Shown here: positions 39,372 through 50,087 of the stretch, one piece after another
How the letters are laid out: each line of letters begins with the position of its first letter
Position numbering within the stretch: position 1 is the stretch's first letter
Assembly (NCBI GenBank): GCA_963766685.1
Contig: CAVYBJ010000012.1
Span: forward strand, 17,500-81,499
Length of the DNA stretch: 64,000 bases
Direction of reading: 5' to 3'
DNA from: an uncultured Chloroflexia bacterium
Lineage (GTDB): Bacteria > Chloroflexota > Limnocylindria > Limnocylindrales > CSP1-4
Position numbers and translations under genes: made by a program
Notes under the pieces: model-generated
Told to the model about the DNA's origin: nothing
Seen by the model: the letters and a program-made list of their open reading frames with translations, nothing else
The model's database searches: none

Positions 39372-40342
39372 TCAGGCGAGGCTCACCGGCTGGCCCGTCT
39401 CCGCGGAGCGGTAGAGAGCCTCGATGGCACGCGCCTGGCCCATGGCGTCGGCCCGGCCGAGGCGGGGCGCCTTCTGCCCGCGGATGGCGGCCGCCATGTC
39501 GTCCAGCTCGCACTGGTAGGGGTTGATGGGCTCGCACGCGCTCCTCCTCGCCGTCGACCAGGAGCAGGCCCTGGCGTGGAGTGCCACGGGTCGGGCAGGC
39601 TGATGGTGCCCTCCCGTCCGATGACCTCCAGCGATTCGGTGAAGGCGTCGAAGCCGCAGTGGAAGGTGGCCACGAGGCCGGACGGGAAGCGCAGCAGGCC
39701 GGCGAAGCGCCGGTCGACGCCATCGGCCGTGGTGACCTGCTCGCCGTAGACCGAGCTCCGGCTCCTCGCCAGCGATGAGGCGGGCGCCGCTCACGCAGTA
39801 GCAGCCCACGTCCATGAGCGAGCCGCCCTCGAGCGGCGCGCTGACGCGGATGTCGGCGTCGTCGCGCAGGCGATGGCTGAAGGTGGCGCGCACGGCCACC
39901 AGCTCGCCGATGCGGGGCAGGAGCGCCACGAGGCGGTCCGCCTGCGGCGTGTGTCGCCACATGAAGGCTTCCATGAGCACCAGGCCCGCAGCCTTCGGCG
40001 GCATCCCAGGCCTCATCGACCTGCCCCGGGTGGCGCGTGTAGGGCTTCTCGCAGAGGACGTGCTTGCCGGCGGCCAGGGCGGCCAGCGTCCAGGGGTGGT
40101 GCATGCGAGTTGGGCAGCGGGATGTAGACGGCGTCGACCTCTGGGTCGGCCAGCAGGGCCTCGTAGGAGCCATGGACGCGCGCGATGCCGTTGGCCCGGG
40201 CATACGCCTCCGCCGTGGTCATCGAGCGGCTGCCGACGGCGACGACCTCCGCGTTGGCGGAGAGGCGGGCGCCGGCGAGCAGCTTGGCGTTGATGCGGGA
40301 CGTGCCCAGGAGGCCCCAGCGGATCGGCTCGTGCGTGCTCAT
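39372..40342 (-). CDS. Gfo/Idh/MocA-family NAD(P)-dependent oxidoreductase, at least 4 frameshifts
   Basis: ATG 40342 gives MSTHEPIRWGLLGTSRINAKLL...VVAVGSRS...VDAVYIPLPNS|MHHPWTLAALAAGKHVLCEKP|...LMEAFMWRHTPQ...GGSLMDVGCYCV|...ATFHCGFDAF|...ELDDMAAAIRGQKAPRLGRADAMGQARAIEALYRSAETGQPVSL, assembled from three frames. Confidence 0.8.
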
Positions 40343-40492
40343 GTCGGTCCCCTCCTCGCGCAGGTGGATGTGTCGTGCCCCAGGGGTACGGTAGCCGACC
40401 GAAGGCGCCCTCGGCGGGGCCGGACCCACGGCGGTGGCAAAAGCGGGATACTCGACCCGCGCTCGACCGCAGCACGAGGAGGGATGAGGCAC

Positions 40493-41742
40493 ATGTCCGA
40501 GGTACCCACGGGCGAGGTGACGGCCGCACGGCGAACCGCGCCCCGCTCCATCCTGGCGGCCCTCTTCTGGCTGCTCGCCTGCCTCGCCATCCTCGTCGGC
40601 GGCGTGACGCTCTGGGCGCACCAGACCGTCCTGACGGACAACGGCTGGGGCACCATCGTGGCCGGCGTGGCCTCGGACCCGGAGGTCATCGCCGCCACCA
40701 GCGAGCGCGTCGTGGACCGCGTCTCGGAATCGCTGGACATCAGCGGCAGGGTGGCCGAGGTCCTGCCCGGCGACATGAGCCTGCTGTGCCGGCGCCATCA
40801 CCGGCGTCGTGCAGCAGCGGGTCGCCGAGGGCCTCGCCACGGTGGCTGCCTCGGAGCCCTTCCAGGACGCCTTCGTGGCCGTGAACGAGAAGGCCCACGA
40901 GGCCGCCATGAAGGTCATCCGCGGCGGCGACAGCGAGGCGCTGACCTCGTCGGAGGGCGCCATCACCCTGAACGTCTTCCCGCTCATCGGCGGGCGCGCT
41001 GACGGGCCTCCAGGAGGCCGGCATCATCCCGGCCGACGTGCAGCTCCCGGATCTCACGAACGTACGAGCCCGACCCTGACCGCGTGGCCAAGCTGGAGAG
41101 GCATCCTGGGGCGCGACCTGCCCGATGACATCGGCACCATCACGCTCGTGCAGTCGGACCGCCTGGCCACCGTGCAGCAGGCGGTGCGCGCCTTCGACAT
41201 CATCACCGTCGTCGTCTTGCTGGCTGGCCGTGCTCTTCGTGGCCCTGGCCCTCTGGCTCTCCGCCCGCCGCCTGCGCATGGTCGTCTGGCTGGCCGTCGG
41301 GCGCCATCGTCGCCCTGCTCCTGGGTCGCTTCGTGACGCGGCTCGTCATCGAGGACGTCACGGGCGCCCTGCGCGACGGCGAGAACGGCGCCACGGTGAT
41401 CGGGGTCGTGATGACAGCTCGGTCGATTCGCTGCTCTGGTTCACCTTCCTGCTCATCGTCGTGGCCGTCGTCGTGGCCGTCGTGGCGGTCCTCGTGGAGC
41501 GGCGCGCGGAGATCGCCGAGGTCGTGGCAGAGCCGGACTGCGGTGCGCGAGTGGCTGCGCTCGCGCTCGCGGGCCATCGCCTACGTGGGCATCGGCCTGG
41601 TGGCCTTCGTGGTCCTCTGGAACCTGGGCGGGCCGGACATCACGCTTCGTGGCGGCCGCGCTGGTGGGCCTCGTGCTCATCGCGGTGGCCGTCATCGGGG
41701 GCCGGGAGCCTGACGGCCGGGGAGGCCGCCCCGACGGGCTGA
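40493..41742 (+). CDS. Hypothetical membrane protein, several frameshifts
   Basis: ATG 40493 follows GAGGAGGG. N-terminal TM ILAALFWLLACLAILVGGVTLWA. The middle part is in ORF 40809..41336, followed by several C-terminal TM segments in shifting frames (LLWFTFLLIVVAVVVAVVAVL, IAYVGIGLVAFVVLWNL, FVAAALVGLVLIAVAVIGG). The 3' end is uncertain. Confidence 0.45.
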
Positions 41743-41773
41743 GGCAGGCGCACGACCGCGGAGGGTCGACGGC

Positions 41774-42490
41774 GTGTGCGGACGCATGACCCAGGTCACC
41801 GACCCGGCCGAGGTGGCGCGCATCTTCGACGCCGACGTGCGCCTGGACGCGGCGGGCCGGGACGCAGGGCCGCGCTACAACGTGGCGCCCACGCAGCCGT
41901 TGACGGTGGTGCTGCAGCGTGCGGAGGAAGGCCGCACCGTGGAACAGGTGCGCTGGGGTCTCATCCCGTCGTTCGCGAAGTCGGCCAAGGAGGGCGCCAA
42001 GCGCATCAACGCCCGGGCGGAGACGGTGGCCAGCAGCCCGTCGTTCCGGTCGAGCTTCGCGCGGCGCCGCTGCATCGTGCCCAGCGACGGCTTCTACGAG
42101 TGGCGCCGCACCGGCGGGCCGAAGCAGCCCTTCTTCCTGCACCCGCCGGAGGGCGCGGTGCTGGCCATGGCCGGGCTGTGGGCCGTCTGGAAGGACCCGG
42201 AGACCGGGCTCTGGGTGCCCTCCGCGGCCGTCATCACGACGGAGGCCAACCGACTGGTGGGCACCATCCACGACCGCATGCCGGTGCTGCTGCCGCGCGA
42301 GGCCTGGGACGACTGGCTGGACCCGGCCGTGGATGACCAGGAGTACCTGCGTGTCCCTGCTGGAGCCGGCGCCTGACGACGTCCTGGACATGGTCGCCAT
42401 CTCGACCCGCGTCAACAACGTGCGCAACGATGGCCCGGAGCTGATCGTCCCGGTCGTCGAGGTGGAGGCGCCTCCCCTGCCCCTGTCGAT
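41774..42490 (+). CDS. SOS-response-associated peptidase (SRAP / YedK / HMCES family), one frameshift, 3' end unresolved
   Basis: Starts MCGR (catalytic Cys2). RYNVAPTQ, WGLIPSF, INARAET, RCIVPSDGFYEW, ITTEAN..IHDRMPVLL. After a switch at ~42350 it reads ...ISTRVNNVRNDGPELIVPV. That frame has no stop before 42719, so the true end is unclear. Confidence 0.85.
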
Positions 42491-42556
42491 AGGCCAGGGT
42501 GCGCTGGCGTGGGCATGCGAACCCGGGGCGGTCCACGAGTGCTGGACTGCTGCGAG

Positions 42557-42584
42557 TCGCATGCTAGGATGCAGATGCATGCGA
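42557..42584. promoter_or_regulatory. Inverted repeat TCGCATGC-N12-GCATGCGA overlapping the antitoxin start codon (candidate autoregulatory operator)
   Basis: 8-bp perfect arms read directly. ATG 42579 lies in the right arm. Confidence 0.4.
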
Positions 42585-42824
42585 ACCACGGTCGAGCTCC
42601 GAGATGATCAGCACGCCGCGCTGGCGGCCCTTGCCTCCCGTCGCGGGCTCCGTGGCTACTCCTCGATCGTCCAGGACGCGCTCGACCTGTACCTGCGCGA
42701 GCACGCTTCGAGCGCTTGACGGAGGTCCTGCGGCTGCGGCGGCATCCTCGCGGATGAAGAGGCGGCGGAGGTCGAGCACCGCATCGCCGAGGCGTGGGGG
42801 ACGTGGAAGCCGGCCTCCGGGTAG
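42579..42824 (+). CDS. Ribbon-helix-helix (VapB/CopG-like) antitoxin, interrupted by an in-frame TGA at 42717 or by paired indels
   Basis: MRTTVELRDDQHAALAALASRRGLRGYSSIVQDALDLYLRE (RHH), then ...(ERLTEVLRLR in the +1 frame)...GILADEEAAEVEHRIAEAWGTWKP, ending at TAG 42822-42824. Confidence 0.6.
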
Positions 42825-42825
42825 C

Positions 42826-43327
42826 TCGATACGGACCTGGCCATCGACTTCCTGCGTGACCACGCTCCGGCGCGCTCGACGGAGGCTCGCTGCGGCTGCA
42901 GCGCAGTGGCTCGCGGACTGCAGAGACTGGCGGACCTCGGCACCGCTTCGCGTGGCGTGACGAGACGTGGCGGACGGCTGCCGAGTCAGTCGGCGGACTG
43001 GACATCGCTCCGCGACGGCGCCGAGCTCGCCGAGCAGCTGACGCGATGCCGGCGCTGCTAGCCGTCGTGTCGGACGCTTCGAGCTCCTGGCTCTGGACGG
43101 ACTGCTCACGAGTCAGGCGGAGCGATCGGTCCCGCTGGTCGTGCGGACGCGCTCCTGATACGCTGCTCGCACTCATGCGGGCGAGTCGTGCGACTGCCGC
43201 GGCTCGGGCTCGACATCGGCGTGAACGACACCTGTTGCCGGACGCCTTCGATATGACCTGCCACTCGCCACCCGGAACACGCGGCACTTCGCTTCGTCGC
43301 GTCGAGGGACTGCGCCTCATCGACTGA
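42826..43327 (+). pseudogene. PIN-domain (VapC-like) toxin remnant, multiply frameshifted
   Basis: LDTDLAIDFLRDHAPA at the 5' end and LPLATRNTRHFASSRVEGLRLID* at the 3' end are typical PIN N- and C-terminal motifs. The middle is scattered over all three frames. Confidence 0.5.
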
Positions 43328-43354
43328 CCAGATCGCCGCGACGGGCCTCCGTCC

Positions 43355-44529
43355 TCAGCCCATCAGCGAGCGGTGGTGCGGGGTCGGGAAGCGGGGCGTG
43401 ACGCGCTGGCCGGCGAGGAGGTCGCCCAGGCGAGCCGCCTCCGCGGCGATGGCCAGCTCCGCCTCGCGGCCGACGTCCTCCAGGAGTCCCGTGACGACCT
43501 CACCGCCGTCGCGGATGGCCCAGCCGCCCACGATGCGGCCGTCCACCCAGATGGTCGGGCCGGCGTTGCCGTTGCGGTCGAAGAGCTGCGCCTTGTGGCC
43601 GCCCAGGTACCAGTCGCGCGCCTGCCAGCCCATCGTGGTGGGGTCGAGGGCGGGCAGCAGGGCCACCCAGGGGTCCGGCGGCGGGCGTGCGCTCGACGTC
43701 GTCCGCCGTCACGTAGCCGACCTGCCCGTCGAGGTCCACCGTCTCCGCGCCGACCGCGGCCAGGGCGGCCCGCACGGCGCCGGCGGTCAGGCCGGTCCAC
43801 CAGCGGATGTCGGCCTCCGTGCCGGGTCCGAAGCGTTCCAGCCAGCGGGCCACGAGTCGGGCCCGGGCAGCCTCCGGGTCGAGGGCCTCCAGCGGGGCGC
43901 CCAGCCAGCGCTCCATCGACGCCCAGCGGTACTGGCTGCTGATCCAGGTGCCGCGGGGGCGGCCACGCACGATGCGCCCCTCCGCGGCCAGGACGATGAG
44001 CACGCGGCTGGAGATGCCGATGTCGCCCTCGTACGTCTTGCCGATGCTGACGCGCACCTTGCGGGCCAGGCTCGGCACGGCGCGCGAGAGCTCCGCGGCG
44101 GTGGCCTCCCCTCTCGCGTCGAGGGCGGCCAGGGTGGCAGCCTCCGCCTCCGCCAGCCAGCCGCCGGGTCGGCCTCGCCGAGCATCGGCCACCAGCTGCT
44201 CGTTGCGCCGGCGCTCCGTGCGGGCCACGTCGAGTGGAGGCGGCCGCCTGGAGGACGGGCGCCTCGTCGGTGGGCACCACGAAGAGGGTGCGGCGCATGG
44301 CCAGCAGGCGCAGGAGGCTGCGCTCGTCGTACAGGGCGCGGTCGACGGCCTCCAGCGACGGCTCGCGCATGCGCGCCCAGGCGGAGAGGTACACGCTGGC
44401 CGGGTCGGTGGCGTGCAGGCAGACCACGCCGCGGGCGGCCTCCACCGCGTCGTCCGCGCGGTGGGCCGGCGCGAGATGGTGACGAACGCCGATGCGCGCC
44501 CGGCGCTCGGCGGTGTCGATGCGTCGCAT
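43355..44529 (-). CDS. Winged-helix DNA glycosylase-like protein (AlkZ/YcaQ, DUF1006 family), about 3 frameshifts
   Basis: ATG 44529 gives MRRIDTAERRARIGVRHHLAPA...VVCLHATDPASVYLSAWARM...LLRLLAMRRTLFVVP | ...GKTYEGDIGISSRVLIVLAAEGRIVRGRPRGTWISSQYRWA...ARWLERFGPGTEADIRWWTGLT | ...VALLPALDPTTMGWQARDWYLG...GNAGPTIWVDGRIVGGW. Confidence 0.7.
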
Positions 44530-44667
44530 CCGGGGAGTATGTCTGCCCGCCATGGCCGATGGCTGTCCGGCCCGGCCGTCGTGTCTGGATAGGTGATGTC
44601 CGGTGGGGTGCCAGTACCATCGATGCAGTCTGCTGAGACAGGCGAGCCGATAGCCTCCGGACGGACG

Positions 44668-45631
44668 ATGACCGAGCATGAGCCTGTGACCGCGACCAGG
44701 ATCGAGACGAGTGCGCTCGTGGCCCCGGTGACCGACGATGTCAGCCGACCAGGGCGCGCGGGACTGCTGCGCCTGGCCGGCGTCACGCTGGCCCTCGGCG
44801 GCTGGGTCTTCGGGGCCGCGGTGTTCCTGTATCTCGTCGCGAGAGACGGTGGACTTGCCGTGGGCATCGACCTCGCCGCCTACCTGCGGGCCGGGCGACG
44901 ACTTGGTGGCGGGCGCCCCCGTCTACATCGGCGCAGATCGGCCAGCCTGGCGTCTTCAGCTACGCGCCGCCGTGGGCCGTGCTGTTCGGCGCGCTCTCCT
45001 GGGTGCCGGACATGGTCATGCAGATCGGCATGATGAGCCCTCAGCCTGCTGGCCATCCGCTACGTGGCCGGCTCGTGGCTCTGGGTCGGCCTCGTCTTCT
45101 GGTACCCGGTCAGCGCCATGCTGCTCCACTCCGGCGAACATCGAGTTCCTCATCGCCGCCGCTATCGTGCTGGCGGCCCGGGGCCACTGCAGGACCGCTT
45201 GCCTTCACCGCGCTGGCCGAAGATCGCCCCGTTCCTCGCGAGTGCCTCGCTCTGGCTGGCGTGAGGCAGCCCTGGTCATCGGCGTCGCCTTCTCGTCACG
45301 CTGCCGTGGCTGCACCTGTGGCCCGAGTGGATCGAGTACCTGCTGCGCCAGCCCACGACGATCTACATCCACATCGGGCCGCCCTGGTACGTGCGCCTGC
45401 CCTTCGCCTTGCTGCTTCTCCTTGTGCGGCGCCCATGGGCCACCGCACTGGCGGTCGATGGTGGCCATGCCCTCACTGTGGCTAGGCACGCTGGTCATCC
45501 TCATCGCCGCCATCCGGCTGTGGCTCGACGATCGCAGTGGGAAGGACCGCTGTCACGCGGGCAACTGCCGAGCGACGGAACGCCGCCACCCCACGCGTGA
45601 GGATGGCGGGTCGCCCGCGTCGATCTCCTGA
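44668..45631 (+). CDS. GT87 / DUF2029-family polytopic membrane glycosyltransferase, several frameshifts
   Basis: MTEHEP...LLRLAGVTLALGGWVFGAAVFLYLVA...AYLRAGDDLVAGAPVY | FSYAPPWAVLFGALSWVP | WLWVGLVFWYPVSAMLLHSGNIEFLIAAAIVLA | LPWLHLWPEWIEYL | VAMPSLWLGTLVILIAAIRLWL, assembled from three frames. Confidence 0.55.
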
Positions 45632-45647
45632 CAGCGGATACTGGCGC

Positions 45648-46756
45648 CTACGCCCGGAATAGCGCCTCGTACTGGTCGGCGATGGCGGGCCAGGAGTAGG
45701 TCGACTTCGGCCCGGGCTCGCGCAGCAGCGCGCAGGGCCTGGTGCTCCGGTGAGTCGGGCGCCTGGACGACCTGCGTGAGCGCCTCGGTCAGCTGTGCCT
45801 GGTCGTCGAAGATGAGCGCCGTGCCCGCGGTGACCTCGCGGTTCTCCGGCGTGCCGAAGGCGAGGACGAGGTTGCCGGCGGCCATGGACTCGATGAGCGC
45901 GGGGTGCGTGCCGCCCACCGAGGTGGCCTGGATGTAGGCCATGGCGCGCGCGCTGGAGGTCCGTGTAGGCCTCGCCGTACAGGGCGCCGGTGAGGCGCAC
46001 GCGCGGGTCGGCGGCGGCCAGGCGGGCCAGCTGGGCCTTGTAGTCGGCCGCGTAGGGCGCGTCGCCGACGATGAGCAGGGGCACGCTCCCGGGCACGTCC
46101 GCGTAGGCGCGGATGACGAGGTCGGCCTGGTTCTCCGGCTCCAGGCGGCTGACGTAGAGCAGGTAGCGGCCCGGCTGGATGTCCGCCGGCAGGCCGTGGC
46201 GGGCGAGGTCCGGCGGGGGGTCGCGGTCCAGCAGCGTGGCGCCGTAGGTGATGAGCGCGGTCTCGCGGCCGTAGCGCTCGCGGTAGTAGTCGGCGATGAC
46301 CTGGGCGTCGGCGACGATGACGTTGGGGAGATACGAGCGACAGCCGCTCGCCGAGGGTGTACCAGAGCCGGCCGGCGAGGCCCCACTTGGCGCGCTGGCG
46401 CTCGATGCCGTCCACGTTGAGAGCCACCTTCGAGCCGCGCAGGCGAGGCAGGAAGGCCACCGGGGCATTGGCGGCGTTCAGGAGGAGGACCGCGTCGTAG
46501 CGGTGGATGACGGTGTCCAGGGCGCCCATGGCCGTGTGGGTCACGGTCTCCAGGTGCTTGCCGCGCAGCCCGCGGACCCAGCGGCGGCGCACCCCGGGCG
46601 GGAGCGAGCGCGGTCTCGTCCGTCCGGCCGCGATACGAGTAGACCGTGACCTCATGACCCCGCGCGCGCCAGCTCCCGCGACAGCTCCCAGGCGAACGTC
46701 TCGAAGCCCCCGTACGCAGGCGGGATGCCGCGGCTGCCCAGGATGGCGAGTCGCAC
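45648..46756 (-). CDS. GT4-family glycosyltransferase with a DUF1972-type N-terminus, several frameshifts
   Basis: GTG 46756 gives VRLAILGSRGIPPAYGGFETFAWELSRELARAG | HEVTVY | ...DAVLLLNAANAPVAFLPRLRGSKVALNVDGIERQRAKWG | ...YLLYVSRLEPENQADLVIRAY..PLLIVGDAPY | YIQATSVGGTHPALIESMAAGNLVLAFGTPENREV | YSWPAIADQYEALFRA* (TAG 45648). Confidence 0.75.
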
Positions 46757-46934
46757 CCCGGCAGGGTACCGCGTGTCAAGGGCACTTCGGGGACTGGAAG
46801 AGGGTCCGCTGGAGGCAGAAGAGTCCCTGCCCCCTCGAGAAGCTTCTGGTCGTGTACATGGCGCCCCGGAGGGGATGCAATTGCACATCGGTCGAAAGCG
46901 GCCCGGTCACGGAGCGAGGAGGTAGCATCCGCTC

Positions 46935-48101
46935 GTGTCCACCCCCGCGCTCCGGCTGAAGATCTGGCTCGTGGACCCGATCAACTACAGCGGAATGGCC
47001 TACTACGACGCTGGGCTCGCTGGCGGCCTGGCAGATGCGGGCGCAACTGTGACCCTCGTCGGGAGCGACCGACCACTTGTTTCCCCTTCCCCGCGGGGCG
47101 GGTTGCACGTCGAGCCGGCCTTCCTCGGGACCTCGCACGGCCGACCACGTTGGCGACGGGGACTCGCGTACGCGCACTCCATCGTTCGTCTGACTCAAAC
47201 GGCCACGCGGCTGCATCCAGACTGGTTGCTGTGGAACTACCTGGAACAACCGACTCTTGACAGGTGGGCAATCCGTCGAGCACACGGAAGCGGCATCCGA
47301 GTCGGCTTCGTGGCCCATGAGACCGAGCCGTGGGAGAACGGCGCGTCCCGTCGTGGAGCGTATCGGTGGCTCATCGAAGATGCGGCGGATGTGGTGCTCA
47401 TCCACGGCGAGACGAACGCACAGGCGCTGCGTGACGCGTGGGATATCGGCGACGATCGGATCGTCGTCATCGAGCATGGCGACTACCGGGAGTGGGTCGA
47501 CCCCAAAGTCACCCGGAGGGATGCTCGCGCCAGGCTCGACCTACCCCTGGACGCTCCGATCGCCCTCTTCTTCGGCACCCTGCGCATGAGCAAGGGCCTC
47601 GACACGCTGCTGCAGGCCTGGCCAGCGGTCAAGATGGCCGTGCCCGCTGCCGAGCTGGTCATCGCGGGGCGCCCGTACCGCGGCACGGGCCTCCCGGCGT
47701 ACCAGGGTCTCAGCGACGGGATCTTGCTCCGCGCTGGCACCATCTCGCCCGCAGACGCGAACGACTATTACGCGGCCTGTGATGTCGTCGCCATCCCGTA
47801 CGACAAGGTGAGCACCAGTGGTGTGATGAGGTACGCATACTCGGCCGGCCGACCAGTCGTCGCCACTGATATCGGGGAGCTGCGCACCCACGTCATCGAT
47901 GGCCACACGGGCTGGCTCGTCCCGCCCGGGGACAAGGTTGCGATTGCTCGCGCGCTCTCGGAGGCACTCATCGATCGGGAACGCTTGGCGGACATGGGGT
48001 CGCGAGCGAAAGCATACGCGGACCGCGAGTTCGATTGGCGCTCCATAGCCGCCAAGCTCATCGACCAGCTGTCGGCGCTCACCCAGATGGCAGCCCAATG
48101 A
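46935..48101 (+). CDS. GT4-family glycosyltransferase (intact)
   Basis: 388-aa ORF from GTG 46935. FFGTLRMSKGLDTLL...LVIAGRP...VVAIPYDKVSTSGVMRYAYSAGRPVVATDIGELRTHVIDGHTGWLVPPGD (E-x7-E-like region). Confidence 0.85.
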   Translation: MSTPALRLKIWLVDPINYSGMAYYDAGLAGGLADAGATVTLVGSDRPLVSPSPRGGLHVEPAFLGTSHGRPRWRRGLAYAHSIVRLTQTATRLHPDWLLWNYLEQPTLDRWAIRRAHGSGIRVGFVAHETEPWENGASRRGAYRWLIEDAADVVLIHGETNAQALRDAWDIGDDRIVVIEHGDYREWVDPKVTRRDARARLDLPLDAPIALFFGTLRMSKGLDTLLQAWPAVKMAVPAAELVIAGRPYRGTGLPAYQGLSDGILLRAGTISPADANDYYAACDVVAIPYDKVSTSGVMRYAYSAGRPVVATDIGELRTHVIDGHTGWLVPPGDKVAIARALSEALIDRERLADMGSRAKAYADREFDWRSIAAKLIDQLSALTQMAAQ

Positions 48102-49058
48102 CACCCACCAGCGGCCATGCCCGCCCTGTCGTCTCCGTCATCTCGGTGCTGTACGGCTCACGCGACACGATCGAGGACCCATCTCCAGCGTCCAGACGGC
48201 AGCGGTGAACGCCGGGCTCGAACTGGAGCTGATCCTCGTCGACAACCGGCCTGGCGATGGTTCAGCCGACTCCGCACTCGCTGCCGCGCCCGCCGCCACG
48301 GTGATCGAGAACTCGGAGAACGTCGGGTTCGCGCGGGCGTGCAACCAGGGCTTCGAGCGCGCAACGGGCGATTGGTGGCTGCTGCTGAACCCGGACGCGA
48401 CCCTGGCCCTAGACGCCCTGGGGAAGCTCGTCGCGTTCATCGCGTCACACGAACGCGCGGGGGCAGGTAGCTCCGACCCTCGACAGCCCTGGTCGGAACC
48501 GAGCCACCAACGGTGGCATGCTCCCGGGAGTGCGCTCGGTGCTCGGGCACTTCTGGTGGCTCAATCGGCTTGCTCCCGGCGACCGGGGAGGACCGTGGCG
48601 TGGCCTCCTCCTTCATCGTCGACCAAGGCTTGGGCCGCGTCGCGTCGACTGGGTCAGCGGCGCAGCTGTCCTGCTTCGACCCGAGGCCGTGCGGTCCGTG
48701 GGCGCGTTCGACCCATCATTCTTCCTGTATGCCGAGGATGTGGACCTGGGTCGGCGGCTCGGCGAGGCTGGCTGGGAGTCGTGGCTGCTCCCGGATGCGC
48801 GGGGTGCCCACAGCCTTGCGGCGTCAAGCGGCGGAGTCACCGATCGATGGTTCGTCGCGCTCCACGACTACCACGCCCAGGAGGGCGGACCGCGTGTCAC
48901 TGGCGCTGTTCGACTTCATCGCAGGGACCGGCATGATCGCCGCGCCGTGGTCGCGCGGGAGTCGCGTCATCGGCGCCAGATGTGGGCATCCGCGCGCGCG
49001 GCACTTGCGCCTGGCGTGGAGGTCCGATCCTGCACGGCCGCAGTCTCCGAGCCAGTAG
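48098..49058 (+). CDS. GT2-family glycosyltransferase, at least 3 frameshifts
   Basis: ATG 48098 overlaps the previous stop (ATGA). VSVISVLYGS | LELILVDNRPGDGSA...VIENSENVGFARACNQG...GDWWLLLNPD | VDWVSGAAVLLRPEAVRSVGAFDPSFFLYAEDVDLGRRL. The 3' end is approximate. Confidence 0.75.
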
Positions 49059-49130
49059 CCGGCATGGAGACTCGACGCCGGCACGGCAGCGAGAATGTCG
49101 ACGAGGGATTTCTGGGCCCCGGGAGTCCGC

Positions 49131-50087
49131 ATGACTGATCAGCGCTCGCCGAGCGAGGGCCCGGACGTCTCCGTGCTCATCGTCAACTATCGTCGACGGA
49201 CCTGCTGCAGGGCTGCCTCACCGCACTGGCGGGGTCGACGGTGGCGCGCTCGGTCCAGGTCATCGTCGTGGACAACGCCACTCCCGGCTTCGACCCGAGC
49301 CGCACTCGACGTGAGCGGTCTGGATGTCCGCATCCTCCCCCAGGATCAACAACACGACCTTCACCGGTGGCAACAACATCGCCTTCGGTGAAGCGCGGGG
49401 CCGCTTCCTGCTGCTGCTCAACCCTGATACGCGCGTAGAGCCGGAGGCGCTCGAGCGCGCGATCGAGCACCTGGACACGGAACCAGGCCTCGTGGCGCTC
49501 GGCGCCTACCTCGTGGACGAACATGGCGACCTCCGCCCCTACTACCATCGGCTGCCGCGGCGCGGGACGTACCCGTCGTCCTGATCCCGCGACTGCTGGA
49601 CTGGACGCCCATGGCGCGTCGCTACCGTATGGCCGACGAGACGTTCGAGCGGCCCGACCGTGGTGGAGCAGCCGGCCGGGGCCTTCATCCTGCTGCGGCG
49701 AGACACCGCCCCCACTGCCCTGCTCGATCCGGGCTACTTCAACTTCTTCAGTGACGTCGAGCTGTGCCGAACCCTCAACCAGGCCGGCGAGATCCGGGTC
49801 GAGCCCGATGTCAGGTGCTTCCACGCCCGCGGGGCGCGGGGCTCATCACATACGATCCGGCAGCCCGGTCGCGACTGCACCTCGATCTCGTGTGGGGCGT
49901 CCGCCACTACTTCCGCCATGCCGGCGTCATCGAGCGCGTGTGGCTCGAACTGTGGGTCATGGCGTTCTGGCTGCTCCGCCTCGTCCAAGGCCTGCTGAGG
50001 GACGGGGCACCTTCCGCACGGCGTGGGCGGCGACGCGCGCCTCATTCGCGGGCGCGCCGCCTGACTACAGCGAGGATGGGACCATGA
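49131..50087 (+). CDS. GT2-family glycosyltransferase, at least 4 frameshifts
   Basis: ATG 49131 gives MTDQRSPSEGPDVSVLIVNYRR | VQVIVVDNATPG | FTGGNNIAFGEARGRFLLLLNPDTRVEP | VEQPAGAFILLRRD...FNFFSDVELCRTL | last frame ends with ATGA overlapping the next gene. Confidence 0.7.
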
